From a virus (lineage: Duplodnaviria; Caudoviricetes): a stretch of DNA of 26,348 nucleotides. The DNA lies in the IMG/VR virus record IMGVR_UViG_3300032312_000225, positions 1-26,348 of that record, one strand, 5' to 3'. The position numbers and the translations under genes were made by a program. Positions 15,105-23,193 of the stretch are shown one piece after another. The number at the start of each line of letters is the position of its first letter. Position 1 is the first letter of the stretch. Under the pieces are notes generated by a model. That model saw nothing but the letters and a program-made list of their open reading frames with translations, ran no database searches and was not told where the DNA came from.

Positions 15105-15743
15105 TTAGGCGCTACGGCGACGACGGCCAGAAGCAGGCGCTGCCTCGGCTTTTGCCACTGGCGCGGCTTCTGCCTCGCCGTCCATGCTCACCCAATCAAT
15201 GATCTCAAACACGGGTGTGTAAATACGGCCATAGGACTTATGGACGTAATGATCTTTTTTGAGTTTCACAATGGCCACAGGCTTGGATTGGTCCTTCTCC
15301 ACTTGCGTAGCGATGGCAACACCCAAGGCTTGAACCGATTTTTTACCGCCCACTGACGTGGAGGTGAAACGCGCTTCCATGTCCTTGTCCTCACCGGTCA
15401 GGCACTTTAAAGACATACCGATTTGCGTCTCCCAGCCACGCTTGGCACCAGCAGGCGCTGCGTCAAGTTCAGGCAGTGGGTTTTGCACGCCGGTCATCTT
15501 CTCGCCCAACACCTCGCCGTCGCCCCAAGCAATATAGCCGTGAACAAAGCTGAATGGGTTTACGGCCCATGTAGCGTCGTCCTCAACTTCTGTCTGGTCT
15601 GCGCCGAACACCCAATGGCCGGTCTTGTCCATTTTCAGGATGACCGTGCCAGCGGTGCCTGCGCCTTGTTCAAGCGCACGCAATGCGGTGGAGAGAGTAG
15701 AAACTGCTGGCAGATTTGCCGAAGAAAAAGTAGTCAATTGCAT
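15105..15743 (-). CDS. Putative ssDNA-binding/replication protein (212 aa)
   Basis: Lies between the DUF2800 nuclease and PolA, the usual SSB slot; aromatic beta-rich core (GHWVFG, HKSYGRIYTPVF) and flexible tail. Confidence 0.6.
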   Translation of the reverse strand: MQLTTFSSANLPAVSTLSTALRALEQGAGTAGTVILKMDKTGHWVFGADQTEVEDDATWAVNPFSFVHGYIAWGDGEVLGEKMTGVQNPLPELDAAPAGAKRGWETQIGMSLKCLTGEDKDMEARFTSTSVGGKKSVQALGVAIATQVEKDQSKPVAIVKLKKDHYVHKSYGRIYTPVFEIIDWVSMDGEAEAAPVAKAEAAPASGRRRRSA

Positions 15744-15752
15744 TTTTAGCTT

Positions 15753-16877
15753 TCACTGGAGTTTAAGAAGGGCAGCATTTAATTGCTTCCCGATTTGCAA
15801 CACTGCTGGGCGAGGGTCATCCTCGCTTGCCAGTGTTGTGCCTGATGACAACGACACGACGAGATCGTCAGGCAGTGCCATCTTGCGCTTTTTCAGCACC
15901 TTCTCCATTTGAGCAGGGCTGAGTAATTCTTCTGGCTTAAGCAGCTCGGCACGGGGAACGCCCATGTCGTGCAACGCCTCAAGCGCTTTTGTTTCGTCTG
16001 TCCACTGACGTGTACCACGCTTGGCCACCAACTTATAACCTGGCACTGGCGCATCACTCTCAAGCAACTGTAACGCCAGCGCTCTGAGGTCTTTGATCCA
16101 TTCTTCCAAGAGATCAGCATTCTTGAGGTAACGGCCCAGCATGTCAACATCTATTTCTTTGACCTGCATTTGCAGGGCGCGGTCCACTGCGCCAGTCATC
16201 TTAGGGCACACAGGTTTGGCCGCGCACCAGCGGCAGTGTTCACCAGCCTTGAGCGCGGCATCTGGGAACTCTGATGCCTTGACGGCCTTGACCAGATCAC
16301 GCTCGAACTGAGCGACGCGTTCTTTGGTTGTCACCCAACGGCGCAACACAGGCGGCTGCACGATAACGCACTCAATCTCTTTGACGCCATCAAAGGCCCA
16401 AGACAAAGCCGTGGTTCGCATGGCAGCAGCAGCGTAGAACATGAGTTGGTCGTTTTCCTCTGCGGTCACGGCCACACCATCGCCAAATTTCCAATCCAAC
16501 ACAATAGCGCGATCATCAATACGGCCAATAAGATCCGTAGATCCAAATACACCAGGTAAGAGATCACCGAAATCAACACGCGTTTCCACTTCATATTCCA
16601 TTTCCTTGTCAGGGTCTACTTCGTCCAACAGCGCCAGCGCCACCATAATTTTGTCGTCGTACAGTTCTTGCGTCAGCACTTGGTCTTCGTACTTCATGCC
16701 AATCACGTCTGCGTCCATTGATTCCAAGATGGTAGCAATTGCGTTGTGCAGCAGCGTGCCACGGTCTGCGTGTTCGCTGGATGGTTTAGGTGGCATCTTG
16801 GCCACCAGCGCCACACTGCCAGGGCAGTTAATGACGCGCTTGGCGGTGCTACCGCCGACGATGTTACTGTGCTGCAT
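15753..16877 (-). CDS. DUF2800 Cas4-like PD-(D/E)xK nuclease (374 aa)
   Basis: CPGS, GTLLH, FGSTD, VLDWKFG, QLMFYA, GEHCRWC-x5-C (four-Cys cluster). Confidence 0.88.
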   Translation of the reverse strand: MQHSNIVGGSTAKRVINCPGSVALVAKMPPKPSSEHADRGTLLHNAIATILESMDADVIGMKYEDQVLTQELYDDKIMVALALLDEVDPDKEMEYEVETRVDFGDLLPGVFGSTDLIGRIDDRAIVLDWKFGDGVAVTAEENDQLMFYAAAAMRTTALSWAFDGVKEIECVIVQPPVLRRWVTTKERVAQFERDLVKAVKASEFPDAALKAGEHCRWCAAKPVCPKMTGAVDRALQMQVKEIDVDMLGRYLKNADLLEEWIKDLRALALQLLESDAPVPGYKLVAKRGTRQWTDETKALEALHDMGVPRAELLKPEELLSPAQMEKVLKKRKMALPDDLVVSLSSGTTLASEDDPRPAVLQIGKQLNAALLKLQ

Positions 16878-17028
16878 TTTCTTCTACCTTGCTAAACACG
16901 ACGATGCTGCTGGGCAGATCGCGGTAGCTTGCGCCTTCAACGGTGTTGAAGTTTTGGTTGGGGATGAGGCCGTTCAGGTGGGCCAAGATGATGCGCTCGA
17001 TCTCGGCGCGGTTGAGTTCTACTTTCAT
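16864..17028 (-). CDS. Hypothetical protein (54 aa) MKVELNRAEIERIILAHLNGLIPNQNFNTVEGASYRDLPSSIVVFSKVEENAAQ
   Basis: Translated manually; AAGGA RBS; first ORF of the leftward operon, overlapping the DUF2800 start. Confidence 0.7.
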   Translation of the reverse strand: MKVELNRAEIERIILAHLNGLIPNQNFNTVEGASYRDLPSSIVVFSKVEENAAQ

Positions 17029-17068
17029 TTTACTGTCCTTTAGTGTCTACCCGAGATTGGGTGATGCA

Positions 17069-17118
17069 ATCATAACACACAAAAATATTGTTGTGCAAAA
17101 CTTTTTTTCGTGTATTAT
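17069..17118. promoter_or_regulatory. Overlapping divergent promoters with a palindromic operator-like site
   Basis: Leftward TTGCAC (17098-17093)-18 nt-TATGAT (17074-17069) with extended TG; rightward TTGTGC (17091-17096)-16 nt-TATTAT (17113-17118); palindrome cacaaaaatattgttgtg 17078-17095 (8 of 9 pairs). Confidence 0.6.
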
Positions 17119-17125
17119 TCGGGCT

Positions 17126-17713
17126 ATGAAAATTCTTAATCTTTACGCTGGCATTGGTGGTAACCGTAGGTTGTGGGGCGACCACGACGTAACTGCGGTC
17201 GAGTATTCCCCCGAGATTGCGGCTGTGTACCAGCAGTTGTACCCAAACGATACTGTTGTGGTGGGGGACGCAGTTGCGTACCTTGAAAAACATTACGCAG
17301 AGTTTGACTTTATATGGGCGTCGCCGCCCTGCCCAAGCCACGGCCAATATCGCCATAACGTCGGCGTGATCGGCAAAGGTTTTGCCCCGATCATGCCCGA
17401 TATGACGCTATACGCGCAGATTGTTTTTCTTCAGCACTACGCTAAAGGTAAGTGGGTAATTGAAAACGTCAAGCCGTATTACGAGCCGCTGGTCAAACCC
17501 GCGTTTGAAATGCAACGCCATCTTTTTTGGTCGAACTTTGACGTTCCCCCCCGCAAATTTGACAAGTCTGACATTCGACACAAAAACAAGATTTCAGATT
17601 TTGACGGGTACGAAGTTGTTGCGGCCAGCAAAATTCCAAACAAACGGCAAGCGCTACGCAACTGCGTAGACGCAGAGCTGGGGCTACACATTTTGAAAGC
17701 AATAAATGCTTGA
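17126..17713 (+). CDS. Compact C5-cytosine DNA methyltransferase (195 aa)
   Basis: Motif I LNLYAGIGG, II AVE, III GD, IV WASPPC, VI VIENV, VIII-like QRHLFW, X-like RQALRNCV; start at ATG 17126. Confidence 0.85.
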   Translation: MKILNLYAGIGGNRRLWGDHDVTAVEYSPEIAAVYQQLYPNDTVVVGDAVAYLEKHYAEFDFIWASPPCPSHGQYRHNVGVIGKGFAPIMPDMTLYAQIVFLQHYAKGKWVIENVKPYYEPLVKPAFEMQRHLFWSNFDVPPRKFDKSDIRHKNKISDFDGYEVVAASKIPNKRQALRNCVDAELGLHILKAINA

Positions 17714-17981
17714 GAAGCAAGTTGAAGCCTACCTCGTTAAGCGCGTCAAAGAAGCTGGCGGGCGGGCGTACAAGTTCACCAGCCCCGCGCACCGTGGGGT
17801 TGCGGATCGGATCGTATGCCTACCCAACGGGCAGACATGGTTCGTAGAGGTTAAGACCGAGGGCGGCAGGCTGTCGCCTTTGCAGCAGGTCTTCGCCAGT
17901 GACATGGCGCTGATGAATCAGAAGTATGTGTGTCTGTGGAACAAAGAACAAATAGATGGGTGGCTGCGTGAAACTGCGTGA
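17706..17981 (+). CDS. VRR-NUC domain nuclease (91 aa)
   Basis: EKQVE, GVADRIV, FVEVK, GRLSPLQ. Confidence 0.92.
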   Translation: MLEKQVEAYLVKRVKEAGGRAYKFTSPAHRGVADRIVCLPNGQTWFVEVKTEGGRLSPLQQVFASDMALMNQKYVCLWNKEQIDGWLRETA

Positions 17982-19242
17982 TTATCAAGAGACAGCGGCT
18001 GACTTCTTGTACCAGCACGACCGCGCCATGATCTTGGCCCCGGTTGGTGCTGGCAAGACAGCCATCACGTTGACGGCTATGTGGGAGATGCTGCGCGACC
18101 GCCACGTCAAGCGCTTCCTTGTGCTGGCCCCCAAACGCGTCTGCACCGACGTGTGGCCAGTCGAGCAACCCAAGTGGGCACCAATGATGTCGGTGGCCAT
18201 TGCGGTGGGCACGCCAGCGCAGCGTAAAGCAGCACTTTACAGTGGCGCTCAAGTCATCGTCAGCAACTACGACAACATCCAGTGGCTGGCCGAGCAGGAC
18301 TTGGGCCACATTGATGCCATTGTGTTTGACGAGCTGACCAAGCTCAAGAACCCGTCTGGCGCTAGGTTTAAGGCGCTTAATAAAGTTATAGGTGACATGA
18401 ACATCCGTTGGGGCTTGACCGGATCGTTCACCAGCAACGGCTTGGAAGACGTGTTCGGTCAGTGCAAGATCGTGGACCAGTCGCTGCTAGGCCGCGCCAA
18501 GGGCGCGTTCATGCAGCAGTATTTCATTCTGGTTAACAAAGACTTTGGCGATTGGGAGCCGCGCGTCGGGTCGCTGGAAAAGGTTATGGCCAAAATCAAG
18601 CCTGCCACGTTTGTGCTGGAGCCTGGTGAGTACAAGGACAAGCTGCCGCCATGCCACACCGTAGAGGTGGCCTGCAAGATGGACATGAAGGACTACAACA
18701 CCATGAAGAAAGACTTTGTGCTGAATGACATCGTGGCGGTCAACGCCGCTGTCGTGACGCAGAAGTTGCAGCAGATGGCGGGCGGGTTTGTATATACACC
18801 AGAGCCACGGTGGCTGTCGTCCCATAAATTTGACAGGCTTGAAGAACTTTTGGAGGAAAACCAACATGCCAACACCATCATTGTGTATCAATACCAAGAA
18901 GAACTCGCCGAACTCAAGCGACGATTCAGTGTCACAACGCTTGACCACGATGACGCAATCGCTCGATGGAATGCGGGTGCCGTACGAATCTTGGCCGTGC
19001 ATCCGAAATCCGCAGGGCATGGCCTTAACTTACAGCACGGCGGACAACACATGGTTTTTCTGTCCCTGCCATGGAGTCTTGAGTTGTTCGAGCAAACCGT
19101 GGGACGGTTGCACCGCAGCGGGCAGCGCCGCGATGTGTGGGTCTACATCATGCTGACTGAGAAAACTGTAGACGAGAAAATCTGGGCCGCGCTGCACGAC
19201 AAGCGCAGCGTGTCCGACATCGCGCTGGAGGCGTTGAAATGA
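17968..19242 (+). CDS. SNF2-family helicase
   Basis: LRDYQ, GAGKT, LVLAP, VFDE, GLTGS, GHGLNLQ, QTVGRLHRSGQ; GTG 17968 is the likely start (ATG 17956 alternative). Confidence 0.92.
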   Translation: MKLRDYQETAADFLYQHDRAMILAPVGAGKTAITLTAMWEMLRDRHVKRFLVLAPKRVCTDVWPVEQPKWAPMMSVAIAVGTPAQRKAALYSGAQVIVSNYDNIQWLAEQDLGHIDAIVFDELTKLKNPSGARFKALNKVIGDMNIRWGLTGSFTSNGLEDVFGQCKIVDQSLLGRAKGAFMQQYFILVNKDFGDWEPRVGSLEKVMAKIKPATFVLEPGEYKDKLPPCHTVEVACKMDMKDYNTMKKDFVLNDIVAVNAAVVTQKLQQMAGGFVYTPEPRWLSSHKFDRLEELLEENQHANTIIVYQYQEELAELKRRFSVTTLDHDDAIARWNAGAVRILAVHPKSAGHGLNLQHGGQHMVFLSLPWSLELFEQTVGRLHRSGQRRDVWVYIMLTEKTVDEKIWAALHDKRSVSDIALEALK

Positions 19243-19406
19243 AACGAATAGACCAATGGAAAGCCAAACTGAAGGCTGCAAAGTCTGAGGTCAAGCATAA
19301 AGAACGGCAGATGAACGCGGCGATCCGCAGCCACAAACAGACCGAAGATCAGATAAAACAACTAGAGGAAAAGATCAATGCTTACATGGCGAAAACTGAA
19401 CAGTGA
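19239..19406 (+). CDS. Small coiled-coil protein (55 aa, MKRIDQWKAKLKAAK...)
   Basis: Translated manually; GGAGG RBS; ATGA overlap with the helicase stop. Confidence 0.75.
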   Translation: MKRIDQWKAKLKAAKSEVKHKERQMNAAIRSHKQTEDQIKQLEEKINAYMAKTEQ

Positions 19407-19563
19407 CCTGGCGCTTAAGACTGAGGCAGAAGTCTTGGCGTTACTGGAAAACGAACGCGCTACGGCCAAGCGCATAACCGTGCTGGAGCGTTTGCACCAG
19501 CGCTATAACACTCTACGTGTGGCCCGAGAGCGCGTAGAACTCCTGAAGGAAGCAACGAAATGA
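19378..19563 (+). CDS. Hypothetical protein (61 aa)
   Basis: GAGG RBS; overlaps both neighbours. Confidence 0.75.
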   Translation: MLTWRKLNSDLALKTEAEVLALLENERATAKRITVLERLHQRYNTLRVARERVELLKEATK

Positions 19564-19766
19564 AATACCTACGAGAACTGTTTATCCCCCCTTGCGCTGA
19601 AATAATTGCGCGGCGCGAACTGGATGAGGCCAAACGCAGGCTGCTGGAAGCCTACACAGCCCGCGAATACGCCGATTCCATGTGTGACTACAGGGAAGCA
19701 CAAATCAAGCGTTTGACAGCCTATCTGGAAGCGCCCTTACGAGGACGAAGCTCAACCAATGTCTAA
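19560..19766 (+). CDS. Hypothetical protein (68 aa)
   Basis: AGGA RBS; ATGA overlap. Confidence 0.7.
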   Translation: MKYLRELFIPPCAEIIARRELDEAKRRLLEAYTAREYADSMCDYREAQIKRLTAYLEAPLRGRSSTNV

Positions 19767-19860
19767 AAATCCATGCAATAAAGACACGGCACGAGAGATT
19801 TGCATGGATAACGAAATACCCAATAAGGGTACGAACATACCCAAAGGAGAGAGCACATGA
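19759..19860 (+). CDS. Possible 33-aa protein MSKNPCNKDTAREICMDNEIPNKGTNIPKGEST
   Basis: Translated manually; bridges neighbours with overlaps at both ends. Confidence 0.4.
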   Translation: MSKNPCNKDTAREICMDNEIPNKGTNIPKGEST

Positions 19861-20003
19861 ACGCCATCATCGAATACATCAAAAGCCTGTTTGCCCGTGT
19901 GGAGCCAGCCGTCACAGACGAGCACTGCCCTTATTGCTACGGCTGCGGTTATGACAGCAGTGGGTACACCTGTATATGCCTGTTTTTGGGGGATAAGAAA
20001 TGA
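19857..20003 (+). CDS. Small Cys-rich, probably Zn-binding protein (48 aa; CPYCYGCG...CIC)
   Basis: Translated manually; AGGAG RBS; ATGA overlaps at both ends. Confidence 0.7.
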   Translation: MNAIIEYIKSLFARVEPAVTDEHCPYCYGCGYDSSGYTCICLFLGDKK

Positions 20004-20182
20004 AAGTAAACGAAAAAGCCGCGCTAGAGAACCTGGTGCGGGTATGCGAAGAATCATTGGCTTTAATACGCCAGTTGATTGAGTCCCAAGATGCTGCTTA
20101 CACTGCTGGCTATGAGGCTGGCATGGAGGCGCAAAGGTTGGTCAAGGGCAAACTGGATTACATGACAAAGGCCGAGTCATGA
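20000..20182 (+). CDS. Hypothetical protein (60 aa)
   Basis: ATGA overlaps; AYxAGYEAG motif common in phage small ORFs. Confidence 0.7.
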   Translation: MKVNEKAALENLVRVCEESLALIRQLIESQDAAYTAGYEAGMEAQRLVKGKLDYMTKAES

Positions 20183-20388
20183 AGTGCCCCATCTGCGGCG
20201 CTTGGACAAGCGTATTAGAAACCCGCACACGCAAAACGGACGGCGTGGTCGTTCGGCGCTATGAGTGCGGTAACGAACACAGATTTACTACAAACGAGCG
20301 CGTTTTGGTTAATGACATTTATCCGTCATTAGAATCTCCTACGATGGTTTCGCAGCAATCCGCTGCGTTAGGAGATCACTATGTTTAA
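20179..20388 (+). CDS. Zinc-ribbon protein, NrdR N-terminal/Ogr-like (69 aa)
   Basis: MKCPICG...VLETR...RRYECGNEHRFTTNE parallels NrdR MxCPxC...VxDSR...RRRECxxCxxRFTTxE; no ATP cone. Confidence 0.8.
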   Translation: MKCPICGAWTSVLETRTRKTDGVVVRRYECGNEHRFTTNERVLVNDIYPSLESPTMVSQQSAALGDHYV

Positions 20389-20599
20389 ATTTGAAATGGC
20401 TATCGGTTGGTTGGGCAATGGCAAGGTCACGATTGAGACTAACGATTTCGACATCATCGAGACGTTGAAAGACTTCATTGAGTTCCAAGAAGGCGAAGGC
20501 TGGATCGGCGCTTACGAATTCAGTTCTATTGATGAAGATGCTGAAGACGAATTGGAAGACGATCTTGACGAGACTTTGTCTGGCCAGGCTGCTGAATAA
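20381..20599 (+). CDS. Highly acidic small protein (72 aa)
   Basis: AGGAG RBS; 22 Asp/Glu versus 3 Lys and no Arg. Confidence 0.75.
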   Translation: MFKFEMAIGWLGNGKVTIETNDFDIIETLKDFIEFQEGEGWIGAYEFSSIDEDAEDELEDDLDETLSGQAAE

Positions 20600-20612
20600 A
20601 CAACACTGTCGT

Positions 20613-21587
20613 TTATTTGACATCAATCACACGGCCTCGGAACTCAATGGAGTCGGGGCTGTGTGTTGTGACTAACTCAGGCAGCAACAGCTTGCCATCA
20701 ACAAACGTCAGTACAGCAAAGCCGCTGCGCCAGTTCAATGGCCCGTGTTCGGTGTAATCCTCAAACTGAGGACCATAAGGCTCTGCCAAAGTACCCGTGT
20801 CGATTCCGTATCTTACGCCGTTGTAATCCGAAAAAGGCGTGACCTTCAGACTATGTAAATGACCAGTAATGATGTTCTTGCCTGACCACATGGTATTGTT
20901 GTGGGTGGCATGGATACCACCTTTGAAGCGGTGCTTAACAATAGTTTGATCGTTAAGCCACAACGCCCAGCAAGCCTCCCAATCAGGGAAGTGGTCACGC
21001 AAGCTAAAGCCCTTGACCTGTTCGTATTGCGGAGCATTGGCCGCCAGGAATGTCTCAAACCGTGCATCGTGGTTACCAAGGGGCCACATGAGCTTGACGT
21101 TGTAACGGGCTTCTTTGGCCGCTTCCTCAATCAAGCCCATAGCTAAAGTGCAGGCTTTCAGTTCTTCAATCACTGTAGGCGATTTTTGCCACCCGATCCT
21201 AGAATGTTTGCTATTTGAGGCGCCATCAAAAATATCACCGTTTGCTATTACTGCCACGGGCTTGAGTTCCTTGATCGCCCACAACAGCCCTTTGAAAGCC
21301 GTGCTGTGTATTCCAGGCCAGAAGTGGGCGTCTGAGAACACAATCACAATACCATTTAGGATACCGAGGTTTTTGATCTTGGGGTGAGTCGTTGAGACTT
21401 GCAACTCAGGTTTTGCTCTTGCCTCTTGTGGGGCAACAATTGCGTCTTTTGTTCTGCCCTCAATTCGTCTGCGTCTTTTATATAACGCAGACTGATTCAT
21501 GTTGAGCATTTTGCTTGCCTCAAACATTGATGCGCTGTTCTCAATGGCGCGGATGATTTCATTGTCTGTGTATTGGCTTGCGGGCAT
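20613..21587 (-). CDS. Calcineurin-like metallophosphoesterase with N-terminal HTH
   Basis: SDAH, NGDIFD, GNHD, KH and GHLH motifs; N-terminal SMFEASKMLNMNQSALYKRRRR helix-turn-helix; ATG 21587 overlaps the GNAT stop (TGATG). Confidence 0.88.
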   Translation of the reverse strand: MPASQYTDNEIIRAIENSASMFEASKMLNMNQSALYKRRRRIEGRTKDAIVAPQEARAKPELQVSTTHPKIKNLGILNGIVIVFSDAHFWPGIHSTAFKGLLWAIKELKPVAVIANGDIFDGASNSKHSRIGWQKSPTVIEELKACTLAMGLIEEAAKEARYNVKLMWPLGNHDARFETFLAANAPQYEQVKGFSLRDHFPDWEACWALWLNDQTIVKHRFKGGIHATHNNTMWSGKNIITGHLHSLKVTPFSDYNGVRYGIDTGTLAEPYGPQFEDYTEHGPLNWRSGFAVLTFVDGKLLLPELVTTHSPDSIEFRGRVIDVK

Positions 21588-22003
21588 CACAATTTCCTTC
21601 GCCAATAAAGAGTGTCTTTACACCCCCACGGCTTTGTTGGTTGAAACATTTTGAAGCCGCAAGCAATAAGACTGTTCGCGGAGGCGGGATTAAAGCGTGT
21701 ATCCGTTACTAACCATTTCCATCCAAGAGTTTTTGCTTGTCTGATTCGCGCGCGAATAAATTGTTTCTGTATCCCTTGTCCACGAGCATCTGGCACGACA
21801 CCAGCACGACACAGGTAACCGCAATCGATCCAGCTAACGGTACGCGTAAGGCCAGCAAAACCAATATCGACACCATTTTTAGACGCAATCCACCAGCAAC
21901 CAAAATTTGTGTCAACAGGTTTGTCATAAGGTAAACAAATGGTTTGAAGCGCCGCCAGTCTTTCCTGTACGGATTCTTTGCGAATATCAACACGTTTAAT
22001 CAT
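21587..22003 (-). CDS. GNAT-family acetyltransferase (138 aa)
   Basis: IGFAG, YLCRAGVVPDARGQGIQ (motif A), NPASANSLIACGF (motif B). Confidence 0.88.
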   Translation of the reverse strand: MIKRVDIRKESVQERLAALQTICLPYDKPVDTNFGCWWIASKNGVDIGFAGLTRTVSWIDCGYLCRAGVVPDARGQGIQKQFIRARIRQAKTLGWKWLVTDTRFNPASANSLIACGFKMFQPTKPWGCKDTLYWRRKL

Positions 22004-22034
22004 GAACGTATTGAAAGCGTTAATTGTGAATAGG

Positions 22035-22478
22035 TTATGACAACAAGAACTTTTCTGCTAACCGTCTTTTTACCAGCCCCGGCAATACTTTGCCGCCGCC
22101 TCTGGTCCACAGCATGATTTGTTCTTGAGCGCCTGCCCAATCTTGGGCGTTGATCTTGCGCTTGAGTGTGCTGGTCTGAAGTCTGCCAACGCCTAAGTTG
22201 TAGGCAAAGTCCACGATGGCGTTGCACCTGCGCTCGTCGGTTGCAAGGATCGGGCAGTTGCGTAAGACGCCAGGTAAGTATGTATGTTCTAACTCCACCA
22301 TCAAGAGCGCCCGCGCCGTAGGTTCGTCCATCGGTGGGTCTTCTAACGTCACTTTGCGCTTGTCAGCGTAGTAGGTTGAGCCGTAGCCAATCGTAGCCAC
22401 GCCAGCGGGACAAAGGTAGGGTTTGGCCCGATAGCCCTCGAACCTGCGGCACAGTTCGGCGGCAAGCTCTAAGTTCAT
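22035..22478 (-). CDS. Endolysin, GH24 phage lysozyme (147 aa)
   Basis: FEG-x6-LCPAGVATIGYG, DFAYNLG, STL, GLVKRRLAE. Confidence 0.95.
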   Translation of the reverse strand: MNLELAAELCRRFEGYRAKPYLCPAGVATIGYGSTYYADKRKVTLEDPPMDEPTARALLMVELEHTYLPGVLRNCPILATDERRCNAIVDFAYNLGVGRLQTSTLKRKINAQDWAGAQEQIMLWTRGGGKVLPGLVKRRLAEKFLLS

Positions 22479-22969
22479 AACCCGCGCTTGGCTAAAGTTC
22501 TGTCTAAGAACCAGTAGTTGATTGTGCCAGCCAGCAATGCGGAAAAATCTGCCGTCATCATGGTTTTAAAGACTTCAGCGGGAGGCGCACCGGCAAGCCA
22601 AGCGTTGTATGCAAACCACACATGGATGAAGGACCAGATGAACAACACCCAATAAGTGATTACAGGCCGCACAGACGCCGACAAGCTGGCGACCCAACTG
22701 CCCGCAGACTTGACCATTTCGGCTTGCTGCTGAATGGCGCTGTTGAAGGCGTCCATCACGCCAACGTCAACCGCTGCTTCGCGGTTAGCGCCGATCTCGG
22801 CCAGCTTTTGCTGCCCTCGCAGGGTTTCCAGTTCGCACTGGCGGGAGAACATGTTTAGCTCATGCTGGCGCTCGTTCTTTCTGTCCAGCCACTTCAAGAC
22901 TTCAGGGGCCAGTCGGAACAAGCCCCCAAAGATAGAACCTAACAAACCACCGGAAAGAATGTCGGACAT
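22475..22969 (-). CDS. Membrane protein, holin-like (164 aa)
   Basis: Gly-rich hydrophobic N-terminus, SVRPVITY followed by two hydrophobic segments, YWFxxR end; overlaps the lysozyme start. Confidence 0.65.
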   Translation of the reverse strand: MSDILSGGLLGSIFGGLFRLAPEVLKWLDRKNERQHELNMFSRQCELETLRGQQKLAEIGANREAAVDVGVMDAFNSAIQQQAEMVKSAGSWVASLSASVRPVITYWVLFIWSFIHVWFAYNAWLAGAPPAEVFKTMMTADFSALLAGTINYWFLDRTLAKRGL

Positions 22970-23193
22970 TATTTATCAGCCTTAGCATCTAACTTATCAA
23001 ATATCTTCGCCAACATTTCCTTGACTTCGTGGATGTCCCGGCGGTAGTCATCCTTAGAAACGTAGGTGGAAGGCATCGCCCTCACGTCGGAGTCTAAGCG
23101 CTCAATGGCTTTGCTGATGTTATTTAACACCCAACCACCCAAAAAAGCGGCCAAGGCCAGCGCGATATTGAAAAGTTGTTGAATATCCATCAT
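22969..23193 (-). CDS. Small single-TM + coiled-coil protein (holin/antiholin-like, 74 aa)
   Basis: FNIALALAAFLGGWVL TM segment, YVSKDDY, coiled-coil tail; Met-Met start; in the lysis cassette. Confidence 0.65.
   Translation of the reverse strand: MMDIQQLFNIALALAAFLGGWVLNNISKAIERLDSDVRAMPSTYVSKDDYRRDIHEVKEMLAKIFDKLDAKADK

Noticed and set aside
16943-17125. 61-aa N-terminal extension of the methyltransferase in the ORF track
   Set aside because: It crosses the divergent promoter region and overlaps the opposite-strand 54-aa gene; motif I begins right after ATG 17126.
19891-20082. 63-aa + ORF from the ORF track
   Set aside because: Out of frame with the ATGA-coupled chain 19857-20003 / 20000-20182, which has better RBS support.
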